A stretch of 64,000 bases of DNA from Eledone cirrhosa (GCA_964016885.1 OZ024744.1:33232001-33296000), one strand, 5' to 3'. Counted from the stretch's first letter, positions 46,958 to 60,517 are shown. Numbers and translations are program-made. Notes: a model not told the origin generated them from the letters alone.

Positions 46958-48960
46958 CTATTTACTGATCTATAACATACTTGACCTCCTTTTCAACCCA
47001 AGAGACACATAAAACATATGCGCATATTGATCAACAGTGGGGTGACATTCATCAAATGATATAGCATGGCAATTTACATATAAAGGTTACAGGATAAAAA
47101 TAAAATAAAAACAAGAATGAAAATAAAGATAAACATGAAGCGTTGGCAGTCTATGAGGATAAAGCAAGAGGAAAGTTTAGAGTAGTCAGTGTATGAAACA
47201 GTCTCACGTGTAGCATGCACGCGTGTCTTATTTATACATGATTAGAGTGCGTCAGAATGATATTTGCAGGGTCAGGCAGTTGAAGCAGGCAATCGATCTT
47301 ACTATGTGGGCTGGATTATTAAGTCATTTATTCTCATACATCTGTATGATATACAGTCTCGGATGCAGGGAAACACCAAAATATCAAAAACTTTCCACAT
47401 ACTAAAAACCTTATTGTATCGTAGGCAAAGCCGTACCACTGTCTTCGCTCACTCCACCACTCACATAATCCATGAGACGCAATATATATAGAGAACACTT
47501 GTCTATCGTATAATTCGCGGTGGTTCAGCATATAATCAAGCTATAAACCGTATCCAGTCGGTTCTTAATTAATAGATCGTGCTGTCCAGATTCCGGAAGT
47601 GTCTGAATGACTAAGGGGAATTAATGCGTAAGGGGAGGTAACTAGCTAGTTATCTTAGTTAAATTACTATCCTAAACAGCATTAATGGTGATTCAAATAC
47701 GTGCCTATCATATGAAGTTATAACTAATTTCTAGAGTATGTTACCCATTTTTAGGTTAGAGAGTTGTCCATTAAGAAGTACAAGGGTGTATATATTAGGA
47801 TGACTACCATCCATTAAGGTGTGTCATATCTGAACATTCTATAAGAGGAGTCAGACTCTCAAGTCACTGTTCCATGCAAATGTAATATAACAGTAGGACC
47901 TGGTATGGTCCCACTATTATGTATGCCACCCGGTAGGCTCCGGGTCATTGCATGTCTGAATCTCCAGTAAATCTTCGGTATGGTCCGGAGATCCAATTTC
48001 ACATATAAAGGCACTAGTCTGGTCATCAAGCAATAGACAACCCCCGTCTCATATATAAATCAATTAAGTATCACATCTACAAGCCAGAGTGGAGTCTATT
48101 AATAGGTACTAAAGGAGTTCACATCAAGATGATTACAATCTGGAGGTTAAATCTCTCATACCAGGGCACCTGTCTGGCCACCAAGCAATACATAAACCCA
48201 CGTCCCACATATAGATCAGGTATCCCATCCACAAGTTAGAGTGGAGTCCAGTAACAAGTACTAGAGGAGTTCGTATCATGATGACCACAATCCAACATGG
48301 GGTGCCACACCCGGCCAATCCATAAGAAGAGTCGGACTACATAATTAACTACATGGGTCTCACTATCAGTAATGGTCTTATTATCATACATGACTCCCGG
48401 CGAGATTCAGGTCGTAGTATGACTGCATCGCCGGTAAGTTCACCAGGGTGGTCCGGTGGCCGGTTCTTTCGTCAAAAGGTGCCGGTCAGGTCACCAGGCA
48501 ACACAGATGCTCCTAACTCATGCATCACCCGTGCATAATTCATTGAACTGATCGTTTACAGTATATATTCACATAACAATACGATTATCTATCTAATCAT
48601 CAATCTATCTCTTGGTGGGAATCCATGCACAGGACTATGTTATCGCAACCAGTATCGTGTCCCCAGTTCATACTAAACTTATATTTGTGCAATGCAGAAT
48701 AAGTAGTCCACGGTCGAGATATCAGAATTAGAGGTACAAGGGGGTATTCACAGGGTAGGTGGTACTAAAATGCTGTCAGTATTATCTTTAGAATATAGTG
48801 GATGTGAGGTGTAAGGTGTGCTACTGATGTTAATTGCTAGGGGTGGTGCCGGTTCCAGTCTGACACTGGTCAGTCTCTTAAAATATTCTACGCCTTTAGG
48901 CGAAATAGTTAAACAAAAAAAAAAAGTTTTTTCTTGTTGAAAAGTCAATATTTTTTTTAA

Positions 48961-50459
48961 ATGGCCGAAGCTTCTTCACCAAAATTCGAAGGAGGAAAGG
49001 GGAAGATAAACTTACAGCTTCCCCCTGCCACTGTCACAGTAGCAGAGGTCAAGAAGAAAGGTCAGCCAGAGGAAGAATTCTCTCCACCTGTTAACCGACA
49101 ACTTGACGTTGCCATGGCAACAACCCAAAGAACCAGCAGCAACAGCAACAACAACAACAATGCGACGGACGAAAACAACACCAATAACAATAACAACAAC
49201 AACAAGACCAATAACGGTGACAACAACAACAATGATAACAACAACACCACCAACGACAACAACAACACAAACAAACAAAATTTCTCCTTCGCCGAGACGA
49301 CTAGGAAAACCCTCGACTATCTGCCAGTAGATATAACCAAAGCGAAGGAGCTACTGGCAGATGCGAAAAAATATATAGTGTACGGAGAAAATGGTTCATT
49401 CACAATCCATTCCCCCCCCCCCCCCCAGAACTAAAAAGCCAGAGACTCCTAAACACGGTCATGTTTAGGACAATCTCGAACAAAAGTAAAAAACCAGCTC
49501 AACCATCACAGAGTGAGATAGAGCTGGTTTTAAAAGACGTCATGAAGGACATCACCTTCATTCAGAAGGATAGACTCTACGGGAGTCTATCCATTCTCAT
49601 GAAGGACAGGGACACAGCAGTGAAACTGTCCATCAAACCAGTCACATCCACCGCATACACCTTCTACCCTACGTACATGGGTAGAAGAACACAAAAAATA
49701 AAAATCCACACCATCCTGCCGATTATGGACATATGGTGGGTTTTGACAGGTTTTCTGGACCTGGAGGATGACATGCTGGTGTCCATGGGAAAGGCATCGG
49801 GTGACGCGTTCAGTGGAACGAGCCTCGAACTTGTAGTTCAAATGAGGCCCGAAAGGATCGCCCAGATCCCTGAACGCGTCATACTGGATGATCTAACCTT
49901 CATCAACATTACCGTTGAGGGTAGACGGCCCTCGTGTTACCTCTGCGGAACCAGGGGTCACCTGAGGGCTGTCTGTCCCCAACTTAATAAGAAAACCCCA
50001 ATCCTGCCTACACCACCAACAACTGCACAACCAACACAATCACCACAACTACCACTACAAAAACAACCACCACAGCTCAAACCAAAACAAAACAATGTCC
50101 AACCCATCCCCTCCACTCAAAAAACAAAAACAATTTCCAAAATACCCGTACCGCAAACACAACCCGAAAATATACCCCTCCCCTCCAATGCGTTTTATAG
50201 GTGTCCTCCACAGGACACCTATAAAACTTTAAAAAACAATTTTAAAGAGGACGTGGGTCCCCCCTGCGTCGGGCCCATTAACCGCGTCCTCCTAAAAAAC
50301 TATCCCACCCCCTCCCCAAACACCCACACAACTCCAAGCTCCCCAACCACACAACACACTGATGCCCCTACACTTCCACAAACCACCACCCCACCCAACA
50401 ACCCATCCCCCACCCTAATGGAAATTGTGCAGCCCGATACCCGGGACGCAGAGAGGTAA
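48961..50459 (+). pseudogene. Tx1-like ORF1 (gag-like), frameshifted at poly-C 49412-49426
   Basis: ORFs 48961-49434 and 49461-50459 join across a C homopolymer; CYLCGTRGHLRAVC zinc knuckle; Asn-rich and Pro/Thr-rich regions. Confidence 0.85.
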
Positions 50460-50483
50460 GTGCCTTTTCTCTTCACCACCAAC

Positions 50484-53400
50484 ATGGCTATGCTAAGAGT
50501 AGGCTGTTTAAATGCGCGTGGCCTGGGCTCAACTTGGAAGCAAGCAATGCTTCTAAATGACCTCAGGTCACAACGTATAGATGTGATGGTTATTTGCGAG
50601 GTCCGGATCAGCAACGTGCGACAGCTGGCCCCCGCCTTTGATGACTTTGAGATGCACGCATCTCTCTGTCAGCCCGGAGGTGGGGGTGGAGTTGTCGTTC
50701 TGCTGCAAAAACATCTGGGTCTCGCAACACAGATGGTACATTTGGACCCGGAGGGTCGACTAGTGGTTCTGGACCTTGGCAGTGGTAAAGGCGGAGCGTT
50801 TAGGTTGGTAGCCGCCTACGGCTCTTTCGGGTCAATGCGGCCGGACTTCTTCCATCGTCTGGAGACTTTTCTAGGGACGTCCCGCTCCTTGCTATTAGTG
50901 GGGGACTGGAATGGTATCCTAGATGCACGCTGGGACTACGTAGGGGCCTGTCCCGATAGAGAGGGGTGTAATAGCCTCAAAGGGTTAATCGGTCGATTTG
51001 ACCTGGCCGATAGATATCGACTAGATTTTCCGACTGCGCCAACCTGGACTTGGGCAAATCGTAGCGGAACATCTAAGTCGTACCTAGATAGGTTCTTAGT
51101 TAGAATTAAGGATAAGGACTTTTTAAGTTGTCCAAAAATGCGCATAGTTGGCTATTCAGACCACAAATTAGTGACCTGCATGGTCAACCTTGACAGAACT
51201 CTTAGACAGGGACCCGGTTACTGGAAGCTCAGCTTGTCCTTACCGGCAAGTAGGGCTTACAGGAACCGGATTAGCACTTTAGTTAAGGAGCGGTTGACGG
51301 GCGCCATCGTCAACAGCAGGTGGTGGGGATCTCTCAAAAGAGAGATTAGAGTAGTCTCTATAGAATTTAGTAAGGAGTTAGCCTCCAATAGAAATAGGAA
51401 GGAAAGGGAGTTGTTAATAGTGTAGAAGAGGCAATTAGAAGCGGTGACGTGGCCAGAGTGCTAGCGTCGAGAACGGCCCTGGGCCAGTTCTTCGACGCGA
51501 AACACGAAGGCTGCATCGTCCGAAGCAAAATACGTGCTCTGGGAAACGAGGGGACCAAAGCTGTTAGCTGGGCCCGCGTGACAGAAGCCAAAAGAGGGAG
51601 CAGATCCACTATCCGGTCTTTGCGAGACCAGGATGGACGGGTGATCCTTGAACCTAAGCAGATGCGCGAGGCTTTTCAAAAGCACTTTGCCGAATTGTTC
51701 GGAGGGGGCGGGGAGCCGGTTGGGGACGTGGACTTCGGTCCATACCTCGACGGCCTGCCGCGTCTCTCGGACAGGGAGGCGAAGTCCTGCGAGGAGCCGA
51801 TTTCAGCCGCCGAGATAGAGGACGTGCTGAGCCAATGCGGCAAACGCAAATCCCCGGGTCTCGATGGTCTTCCATACGAACTATATCTAGCTATGTCGGA
51901 CTTGTTCCCTGAACTCCTCGAGGCGGTCTACTGCAACTGGCGACAGAACGGGAGAATTCCCTGTGCTGTGACCAAGGGCGTAGTCACGCGAGTGAGGAAG
52001 GACGAGAACAAGGGGGACGATATAAATAATTTCAGGCCCATAACTCTGCTAAATACAGAGTTACAGATTTTGGCCAAGGTGCTAGCAAAGAGGTTGGCGC
52101 TTGTCGTGGGCAACCTGGTGCGAGATGCGCAGACATGTGCTATCCCGTCCAGGTCCATCCACGATAACCTCCACCTCATGCGATACATCATAGAGAGGGT
52201 TGGGAACGAACCCGGCTTTGGTGGGGCCCTGATCAACTTGGATCAATCTAAGGCATTCGATAGGGTCGACCATGGTTACCTGGATGCGGTGCTAGCGGCG
52301 GCAGGCTTGGGACCCGTTTTCAGGGGCTGGATGAATGCCATGCACAGCAGCCGCATCTGCTCTAGGGTCAAGGTGAACGGCTACCTCTCGGAGCCGTTCG
52401 AAATCGCGCGGTCCATCCGACAGGGGTGCCCTCTCTCCTCCCTTCTGTATGTAGTGACTCTAGAGCCACTGCTGCGGAAGTTGGAGTTGTTGCAGGGCAT
52501 CCCGTTCGAAACGGGATTGCGGAAAGCGGTGTCAGCCTACGCCGATGACGTAACAGTAATGGTGTCGATGGCCTCGGAAATCGGGGCGATCGGCACCTTA
52601 CTGGAGGAGTACGAAAGGTTTACAGGGGCTAAGCTGAACCGGGACAAGTCGATCGGTCTGCAACTCGGCACGGGGAGGGGCAGATTGATGCCCCCCGATG
52701 GCGTCGTCGGGCGCTGGACGGAGGGCCCGGTGAAATTGCTCGGGGTCTGGTTCGGACCAGACCTCCAGGTGGAGAAGAACTGGGGTGAGGTGACGAGCAG
52801 GGTGTTTGCACTGACCCAGAAGTGGGCCGAGTGCAAACTGTACCTGAAAGGTCGGGCGGAGTTGGCGAACACTTATATAGCGTCCGTCATCTACTACCGC
52901 TTGACCGTGGTGCCTTGCCCAAGGGAAACGCTCGCCAAAATGGAGCGCGCACTCTTCCAATTCCTTTGGAAGAAGCGGGCTCCTATGGTGAGGAGATCCA
53001 TCTGCTGTCAACACCCTTCGAAAGGAGGGCTGGGGATGCCGTGGCTAATGATACGTAAACACGCATTATGGCTACGGCACCTTCAGGTATTCCTCTCCTG
53101 TCAACCGGTGTGGGCCCCGTTTGTGAGGCGAGCCTTTCCCAGACTCGTCTCACTCACCGAGCTGCAATCCTGGGTCAAGCAAAGACCGAGAAAACTGGGC
53201 GCCTGGCACACCGTGTGTGCCCAGGCGCTCACGGCTCTCTGGCAGGCGGACCCGGCTGTCAGTGGAGAATCCACCTCGTCATTCTATAGAGGGCTGGTGG
53301 TTAGCAGGTGCGACAACGCCCTCGGAGAAGCCCTAGGCATGGAGGAAGACGAACTGGCCAACCTGTTCGGTAGGACATTCAGCCCGGGACCCATGGATAA

Positions 53401-54175
53401 CTTCCAGAGGTCCCTGGCCTGGCAATGCTACAGAAGGGCTCTGCCCGTTCGAGAAAGGCTCTACAGACACGGGCGCCCGGGTAGGGACCCATCGAAAAAT
53501 GTCTGTCCCAGATGCGTGTGCGACGAGGAAACCGTTGCACACGCATTGGTACACTGCTCGGGCATTGCCGATCTGTGGGGCTATGTCGAACAACTGCTGT
53601 CAAGGGTGGGACCGATCCGGTTGACCACCGAGTCTATTGTAACGATCAAGCCGCCTCCCCTCTTCAAAAAAAAAGGAGAGGCGGTGTTTCTGTGCGTAAT
53701 AGCCATGGCGAAAGAGGTTGTATGGTGGACGCGTCTGAAAGGACTGAGGTCAGACACCTTTCTCTCTGGCCAACAACTGGTCCGTTTCTTCCGATATCAT
53801 TTCGGAAGAAGGATCAGGATGGAGAGAGAGGTGCTGCACCCCAGCCGTTTCTATGAAAGATGGGTGAAAGTGGCGAGAATGGCCCGTGTGAATGGGCCTT
53901 CACTCTATCAGACTATAGGTGAGGAAGATGAAAGACCAAGGGAGCACCCATTCTCTGTGCTCCTGAGGAGAAGGGTTGCACACTTTTTTCGGGGGTGTGT
54001 GCGACCCCCCAAGGCGCCTCCTCTCTATTGTGGACTTTGTTATAAATTTTATTTTTTGTTATATTTTATTTTATTTTTATATATTGTTATTGCCTCCTCC
54101 TTATTGAGGACGCCTTGTTTTGTAAACTCCCCCCATTGTACTTGTCCCACTTTTGATGCCCTGGTGGCAAATTAA
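50484..54175 (+). pseudogene. Tx1-like ORF2 (APE endonuclease, RT, zinc finger), one frameshift near 51415
   Basis: LNARGL, GDWN, LDRFL, SDH; KSPGLDGLP, FRPITLLN, LDQSKAFDRVDH, RQGCPLS, AYADD, GGLG, CPRC..ETVAHALVHC. Confidence 0.93.
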
Positions 54176-54182
54176 AGAAACA

Positions 54183-54519
54183 TATCTTAGTTAAATTACT
54201 ATCCTAAACAGCATTAATGGTGATTCAAATACGTGCCTATCATATGAAGTTATAACTAATTTCTAGAGTATGTTACCCATTTTTAGGTTAGAGAGTTGTC
54301 CATTAAGAAGTACAAGGGTGTATATATTAGGATGACTACCATCCATTAAGGTGTGTCATATCTGAACGTTCTATAAGAGGAGTCAGACTCTCAAGTCACT
54401 GTTCCATGCAAATGTAATATAACAGTAGGACCTGGTATGGTCCCACTATTATGTATGCCACCCGGTAGGCTCCGGGTCATTGCATGTCTGAATCTCCAGT
54501 AAATCTTCGGTATGGTCCG
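54183..54519. repeat. Direct duplicate of 47651-47987
   Basis: Near-identical sequence at a constant offset of 6532 bp. Confidence 0.92.
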
Positions 54520-57018
54520 TAGATACGATTCCGACACTCGTTCCAAAACTTTAAACCCTATATATAATAATGTCAGACTGGAACCGGCACCACCCCTAGC
54601 AATTAACATCAGTAGCACACCTTACACCTCACATCCACTATATTCTAAAGATAATACTGACAGCATTTTAGTACCACCTACCCTGTGAATACCCCCTTGT
54701 ACCTCTAATTCTGATATCTCGACCGTGGACTACTTATTCTGCATTGCACAAATATAAGTTTAGTATGAACTGGGGACACGATACTGGTTGCGATAACATA
54801 GTCCTGTGCATGGATTCCCACCAAGAGATAGATTGATGATTAGATAGATAATCGTATTGTTATGTGAATATATACTGTAAACGATCAGTTCAATGAATTA
54901 TGCACGGGTGATGCATGAGTTAGGAGCATCTGTGTTGCCTGGTGACCTGACCGGCACCTTTTGACGAAAGAACCGGCCACCGGACCACCCTGGTGAACTT
55001 ACCGGCGATGCAGTCATACTACGACCTGAATCTCGCCGGGAGTCATGTATGATAATAAGACCATTACTGATAGTGAGACCCATGTAGTTAATTATGTAGT
55101 CCGACTCTTCTTATGGATTGGCCGGGTGTGGCACCCCATGTTGGATTGTGGTCATCATGATACGAACTCCTCTAGTACTTGTTACTGGACTCCACTCTAA
55201 CTTGTGGATGGGATACCTGATCTATATGTGGGACGTGGGTTTATGTATTGCTTGGTGGCCAGACAGGTGCCCTGGTATGAGAGATTTAACCTCCAGATTG
55301 TAATCATCTTGATGTGAACTCCTTTAGTACCTATTAATAGACTCCACTCTGGCTTGTAGATGTGATACTTAATTGATTTATATATGAGACGGGGGTTGTC
55401 TATTGCTTGATGACCAGACTAGTGCCTTTATATGTGAAATTGGATCTCCGGACCATACCGAAGATTTACTGGAGATTCAGACATGCAATGACCCGGAGCC
55501 TACCGGGTGGCATACATAATAGTGGGACCATACCAGGTCCTACTGTTATATTACATTTGCATGGAACAGTGACTTGAGAGTCTGACTCCTCTTATAGAAT
55601 GTTCAGATATGACACACCTTAATGGATGGTAGTCATCCTAATATATACACCCTTGTACTTCTTAATGGACAACTCTCTAACCTAAAAATGGGTAACATAC
55701 TCTAGAAATTAGTTATAACTTCATATGATAGGCACGTATTTGAATCACCATTAATGCTGTTTAGGATAGTAATTTAACTAAGATAACTAGCTAGTTACCT
55801 CCCCTTACGCATTAATTCCCCTTAGTCATTCAGACACTTCCGGAATCTGGACAGCACGATCTATTAATTAAGAACCGACTGGATACGGTTTATAGCTTGA
55901 TTATATGCTGAACCACCGCGAATTATACGATAGACAAGTGTTCTCTATATATATTGCGTCTCATGGATTATGTGAGTGGTGGAGTGAGCGAAGACAGTGG
56001 TACGGCTTTGCCTACGATACAATAAGGTTTTTAGTATGTGGAAAGTTTTTGATATTTTGGTGTTTCCCTGCATCCGAGACTGTATATCATACAGATGTAT
56101 GAGAATAAATGACTTAATAATCCAGCCCACATAGTAAGATCGATTGCCTGCTTCAACTGCCTGACCCTGCAAATATCATTCTGACGCACTCTAATCATGT
56201 ATAAATAAGACACGCGTGCATGCTACACGTGAGACTGTTTCATACACTGACTACTCTAAACTTTCCTCTTGCTTTATCCTCATAGACTGCCAACGCTTCA
56301 TGTTTATCTTTATTTTCATTCTTGTTTTTATTTTATTTTTATCCTGTAACCTTTATATGTAAATTGCCATGCTATATCATTTGATGAATGTCACCCCACT
56401 GTTGATCAATATGCGCATATGTTTTATGTGTCTCTTGGGTTGAAAAGGAGGTCAAGTATGTTATAGATCAGTAAATAGTTGCTCCGAAGAATCCAAACCT
56501 CGGTTTGGAGGAAACAATTGTAAACAAATAAATGACTTAAACTGAACTTTGATTATTGTAATCTCTATATAACTGCTCTGTAAAACAACTGATGTTATTA
56601 CATTGAGCTATTTATCTTACTGGTAATAGGATAGTAATTAATGACTATCTTTCACTATTTCGGGTTTGTGTATATATAATATATTACCATTAAAGGTTTT
56701 ATTGCATACATAGCCATATATAGTACCCTTAATACTGATACATAGATATATGTACACTTATACACACGTACACACACACTCACACACACACACACACACA
56801 CACACGTGCACACAGACACACAAGCACATACACACAGACACGCATACATACAGACATACATACACACACATACAATCACATAAGTACATACACACACACA
56901 TACACACATAGATTGTATATGGTATTTCGTACATTATAATTTGTATATTAAAAAATAAAATGGTGGAAACAATATACATGTATTTATGAGTGAATAATAA
57001 TAATATTTTTATTGCAGC

Positions 57019-57150
57019 ATTGGTAGAGCGTCGGACACCATGCTTTGCACCATAAAGTTACGTGCCTTTAAGTTCTGAGTTCAAATCCTGTCGAAGTTAA
57101 CTTTGCCTTTTATCCTTACGGGGTCAATAAAATAAAATACCAATAATGCA
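57019..57150 (+). mobile_element. SINE family 1 (partial)
   Basis: B-box and core present. Confidence 0.8.
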
Positions 57151-57454
57151 TAAATGTTATTTATGTGTTGTCCGAATATTTTATTTATTTCTTTGGTGTT
57201 GGTCGGCACTTGTCATAGTGATCAAAGTGACCACGATGTTTTTTTGTGTTTTTTTTTCGTGTGTGTGTGTGTTTTCCCTCCAGTGGTCCACGGAAATTTC
57301 TTCCCGCCATTGGAATTTTTCTTTGTTTGAATTTTTATTGCTACCCATTTTGTTTTATTTACGCCATTTTTATTTATTACACGTTTTTGTTTTTCTTTTT
57401 GGTGTAAAACTGTACAGCCCCCAGTCTTTTTGTAAATGTTTGTGGTTTATAACA

Positions 57455-57665
57455 GTTTCTGATTTAGACACAAGGCCAACCATTTTGAGGTCGCGGAAAG
57501 TGGATTAAATCGAGTGCGTTACTGGTACTTTATTTTATCGACCCCGTAAGGATGAAAGGCAAAGTTAACCTCGGCGGGATTTGAACTCAGAACGTAAAAG
57601 AACACAACTATATGGTACAAATCATGTTGTCCGACGCTCTAGCGATTATTGCCAATCCACCACCA
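57455..57665 (-). mobile_element. SINE family 1
   Basis: Full head, core and tail on the minus strand. Confidence 0.85.
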
Positions 57666-57744
57666 TGCTTTGTGTGTAATAATTGTTTCTACTTTGGACA
57701 CAAAGCCAGCAATTACCATTACATTACTGGTACTTTATTTTATG

Positions 57745-58204
57745 TTTTATGGCTAAGATGAAAGAGGCTCTGTGGTGAGTATAACTGAAAAGACTGAAGA
57801 CAGGTACATTGGTTTAGCTTATTGATCAAGCTCTCACCGACCTTTTCAAGTTACACCTGGAAAGGAAGGTGAGAGTGGAATGGGAGGTGCTTTCCACCAA
57901 TACATTTACCAAACTGTGGGTGAATGTAACGAAGATGGCAAGAGTGAATGAGTCTTCTCTCAGCTTGAGTCTTTAAATCTGAGAACAATAGTTGAGAAAG
58001 GACCCTTGGTTGTCAAGATAATTGTGGGTCTGGGTAGTTCCCGAATTAGGTGGAGTAAATGTCTTATATAATTGTATACTTAACTTTTATACTATGTATA
58101 CTTGTTACCCAGTTTCTCATTTTTACGTCCACTTCCACCTTAATTTTGTAACTTGTCTTTGTAAAGTTTCTTTCATTTAATGCCCTTGTGTCATATAAAA
58201 AAAA
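57745..58204 (+). mobile_element. Old 3' fragment of a Tx1-like LINE related to 48868-54182
   Basis: FKLHLERKVRVEWEVL..LWVNVTKMARVNESSL* aligns to FRYHFGRRIRMEREVL..RWVKVARMARVNGPSL; similar atgccc..aaa 3' end. Confidence 0.78.
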
Positions 58205-58239
58205 CTCATCAACATTATTGCTGCTGCTGTTGTTGTTGA

Positions 58240-58375
58240 GCGTGGTGGATTGAAAGAATTTGTAGTGTCAGTATTTATTCCGCATCTTTACATACTGAGT
58301 TCAAATCCTACCGAGGTCAACTTGGCCTTATATTCTCTTGGGTCAATAAAATAAATTACCAGTAAAGTATCGGGG
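58240..58375 (+). mobile_element. SINE family 1 (diverged)
   Basis: Head, GAGTTCAAATCC and decayed core. Confidence 0.72.
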
Positions 58376-58385
58376 CGATAAAAAA

Positions 58386-58516
<131 letters not shown>

Positions 58517-58565
58517 CTCTCCAAATTATTAACTTTGCGTCTCTAATTAAAAATGACTAAAGAGA

Positions 58566-59217
58566 AGCGGATTGGCAGAATCATTAGAGCGTCGGATGTA
58601 ATGCCTTGTTCCCTGGGCATGGATACATTAATGCTCTGACGTCTGACCTCTGGCAACTGACTTGGTAAAGACCCACAAAATTATTAACTATCTTGCCAAT
58701 AACAACCCTGAGCACATTTTTGAATTCCATATGTCTAACACACGTGGACATGCTTACAGAGTCAGAAAACTGCACAGCTCCCATGTCTTTCGGAAACATT
58801 TTTTTCACGCTCAGAGTTGCTGAAACGTGGAACAAACTTCCTGCATCAGTTATTAGCTGTCGAGACACTGCGTCCTTTAAAACCTCCATGCTTCCTGAGA
58901 TTCGCCAACACTACACCTGATATCCCCCTCCACACATGTATATCATGACTCATACACTGTTCACTTTCCTGATATGTGTACATTATTCTATGCATGTTTG
59001 ATGAGTTGCAATGCACCTGAGCACTGTGTACGATCATTTTCATTATTATTATATTTCGTTACGGCTCTTCTACATTCTGAGTTCAAAGCCTCCCGAAGTC
59101 AACTTTGCTTTTATCCTTCGGAGGTCGATAATACCGATCATGTACTGGAATCGATGTTACCGTATTTCCCCTCCCCTACATATCATTGGCATTGTGTCTT
59201 AATGTTAGAAAGGATTA
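58566..59217 (+). mobile_element. SINE family 1 interrupted by a CR1-like LINE 3' fragment (about 58610-59050)
   Basis: SINE head 58566-58605 resumes near 59051; insert translates TRGHAYRVRK..FFTLRVAETWNKLP..ASFK and ends in (ATT)n. Confidence 0.8.
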
Positions 59218-59381
59218 TTGCTGTTGATATTGCTGTTATTGTTGTTGCTACTGAAGGTGGCGATGATTTTACTGTTGGAGTTAATTGTTGTTGTTATTAT
59301 GTCACACTTTTGACAATTAAATATAATTAGAATAAAGCAAGTTTGTTTTGAAGACAGCGAACGAAGTTTGAATTTAAGTAG

Positions 59382-59586
59382 AAATAGAGGCTTACGCCGT
59401 ATTTTGACTGAAGCAATAAGCCCGAAAGTGGGGATTTTTTAATGGTAACACAGTGGTCTGGATAACCAAAGATATGGGTCGACTCCCATGTACCTCAATG
59501 ATCATCCTTTTCCATTGAGAGGGTTTTTAAAAAGCCCCAATCTCAGGTTAATTTCGTTAGTTAAAATACACCGTAATCTTCTATTT
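59382..59586. mobile_element. Old MITE-like element with ~60 bp imperfect TIRs
   Basis: aaatagaggcttacgccgtattttgact..gggattttttaa versus the reverse complement of ttaaaaagcccc..agttaaaatacaccgtaatcttctattt. Confidence 0.6.
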
Positions 59587-59634
59587 TTATATAATAAAAA
59601 TGTAATTATTGTTGCTGTTCTCATTATTATTAGG

Positions 59635-59815
59635 GCAGTATAGGTAGAGGGTCGGACGCCATGATTTGCAGCATAGTTACGTCCCTTTACGGACTGAGTT
59701 CAAATCCCGCCGAGGTTAACTTTGCCTTTCATCCTTACGGGATCGATGAAATAACGTAACAGTAATGTACTGGTATAATTGCTGGCCTTGTGCCAAATGT
59801 AGAAACAATTATTAT
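59635..59815 (+). mobile_element. SINE family 1
   Basis: B-box, core and tail present. Confidence 0.85.
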
Positions 59816-60024
59816 CATTATTGTTGTTGTTGTTGTTATTGTTGTAATACTTCCTTCATGTGTCGCATGTGTGGGATATATGAAATTATTACAAATGTGT
59901 TATCTTCAGTCTAATGGGTGGGCCCATGATTGTCTTATCTCTTACCATTTTTATATGACATTTCATTAATCTTTTATGTCCGCCTGTCTGGCGGTCTGTC
60001 TCTTCGACATATATATATATATAT

Positions 60025-60072
<48 letters not shown>

Positions 60073-60270
60073 TGTATTATATTATATTATATTATATTAT
60101 ATTATATATATATATATGGTTTGCACCGCTCCTAATAATGACGTATATTCGTTTTTTCCCGTTCTTTGCCAGGGAACGTTACCACGAACCAAAGTATCGT
60201 CTTCCTGTCTTCCTCCGGTTGCAACGTTTTTTGAAATATTTACTTCTGCGTTTACAGATTGACTTTGTTA

Positions 60271-60319
60271 GTTTCAGAAGATCCCGTTAAGGGTGAAAGC
60301 AGCGATTCTTTGCTTAAAC
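60271..60319 (+). ncRNA. Hammerhead-like motif with U4A variant core
   Basis: gttt-CAGAAGA-tcccgttaagggt-GAAA-gca..tgc-TT-aaac; same core in both arms at 38767-38850. Confidence 0.62.
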
Positions 60320-60336
60320 TTTAATCTGTTATTTTA

Positions 60337-60406
<70 letters not shown>

Positions 60407-60446
60407 TATATATATATATGTGTGTGTATATATATATATATATATG

Positions 60447-60517
<71 letters not shown>

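Larger units (their letters stand above)
48868..54182 (+). mobile_element. Near full-length Tx1/L1-clade LINE
   Basis: Short 5' UTR, ORF1 with CCHC knuckle, ORF2 with APE, RT and CCHC, short 3' UTR ending aattaaagaaa. Confidence 0.95.
46866..56670. mobile_element. Large fold-back: 2000 bp inverted arms (46866-48865 / 54571-56570) plus tail, interrupted by a LINE
   Basis: Mirror ORFs in the track have a constant coordinate sum of 103436, so the arms are colinear; tail GCTC(56575)..GAGC(56605); hammerhead in both arms. Confidence 0.92.

Noticed and set aside
47223-56213. Pairs of identical short ORFs as duplicated small genes
   Set aside because: Mirror images produced by the inverted repeat; no motifs
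46866-56570. Large DNA transposon (Polinton, Mutator or foldback type) with 2 kb TIRs
   Set aside because: No transposase, integrase or polymerase; interior is a Tx1-like LINE; ends are asymmetric with a hammerhead and PLE-type tail
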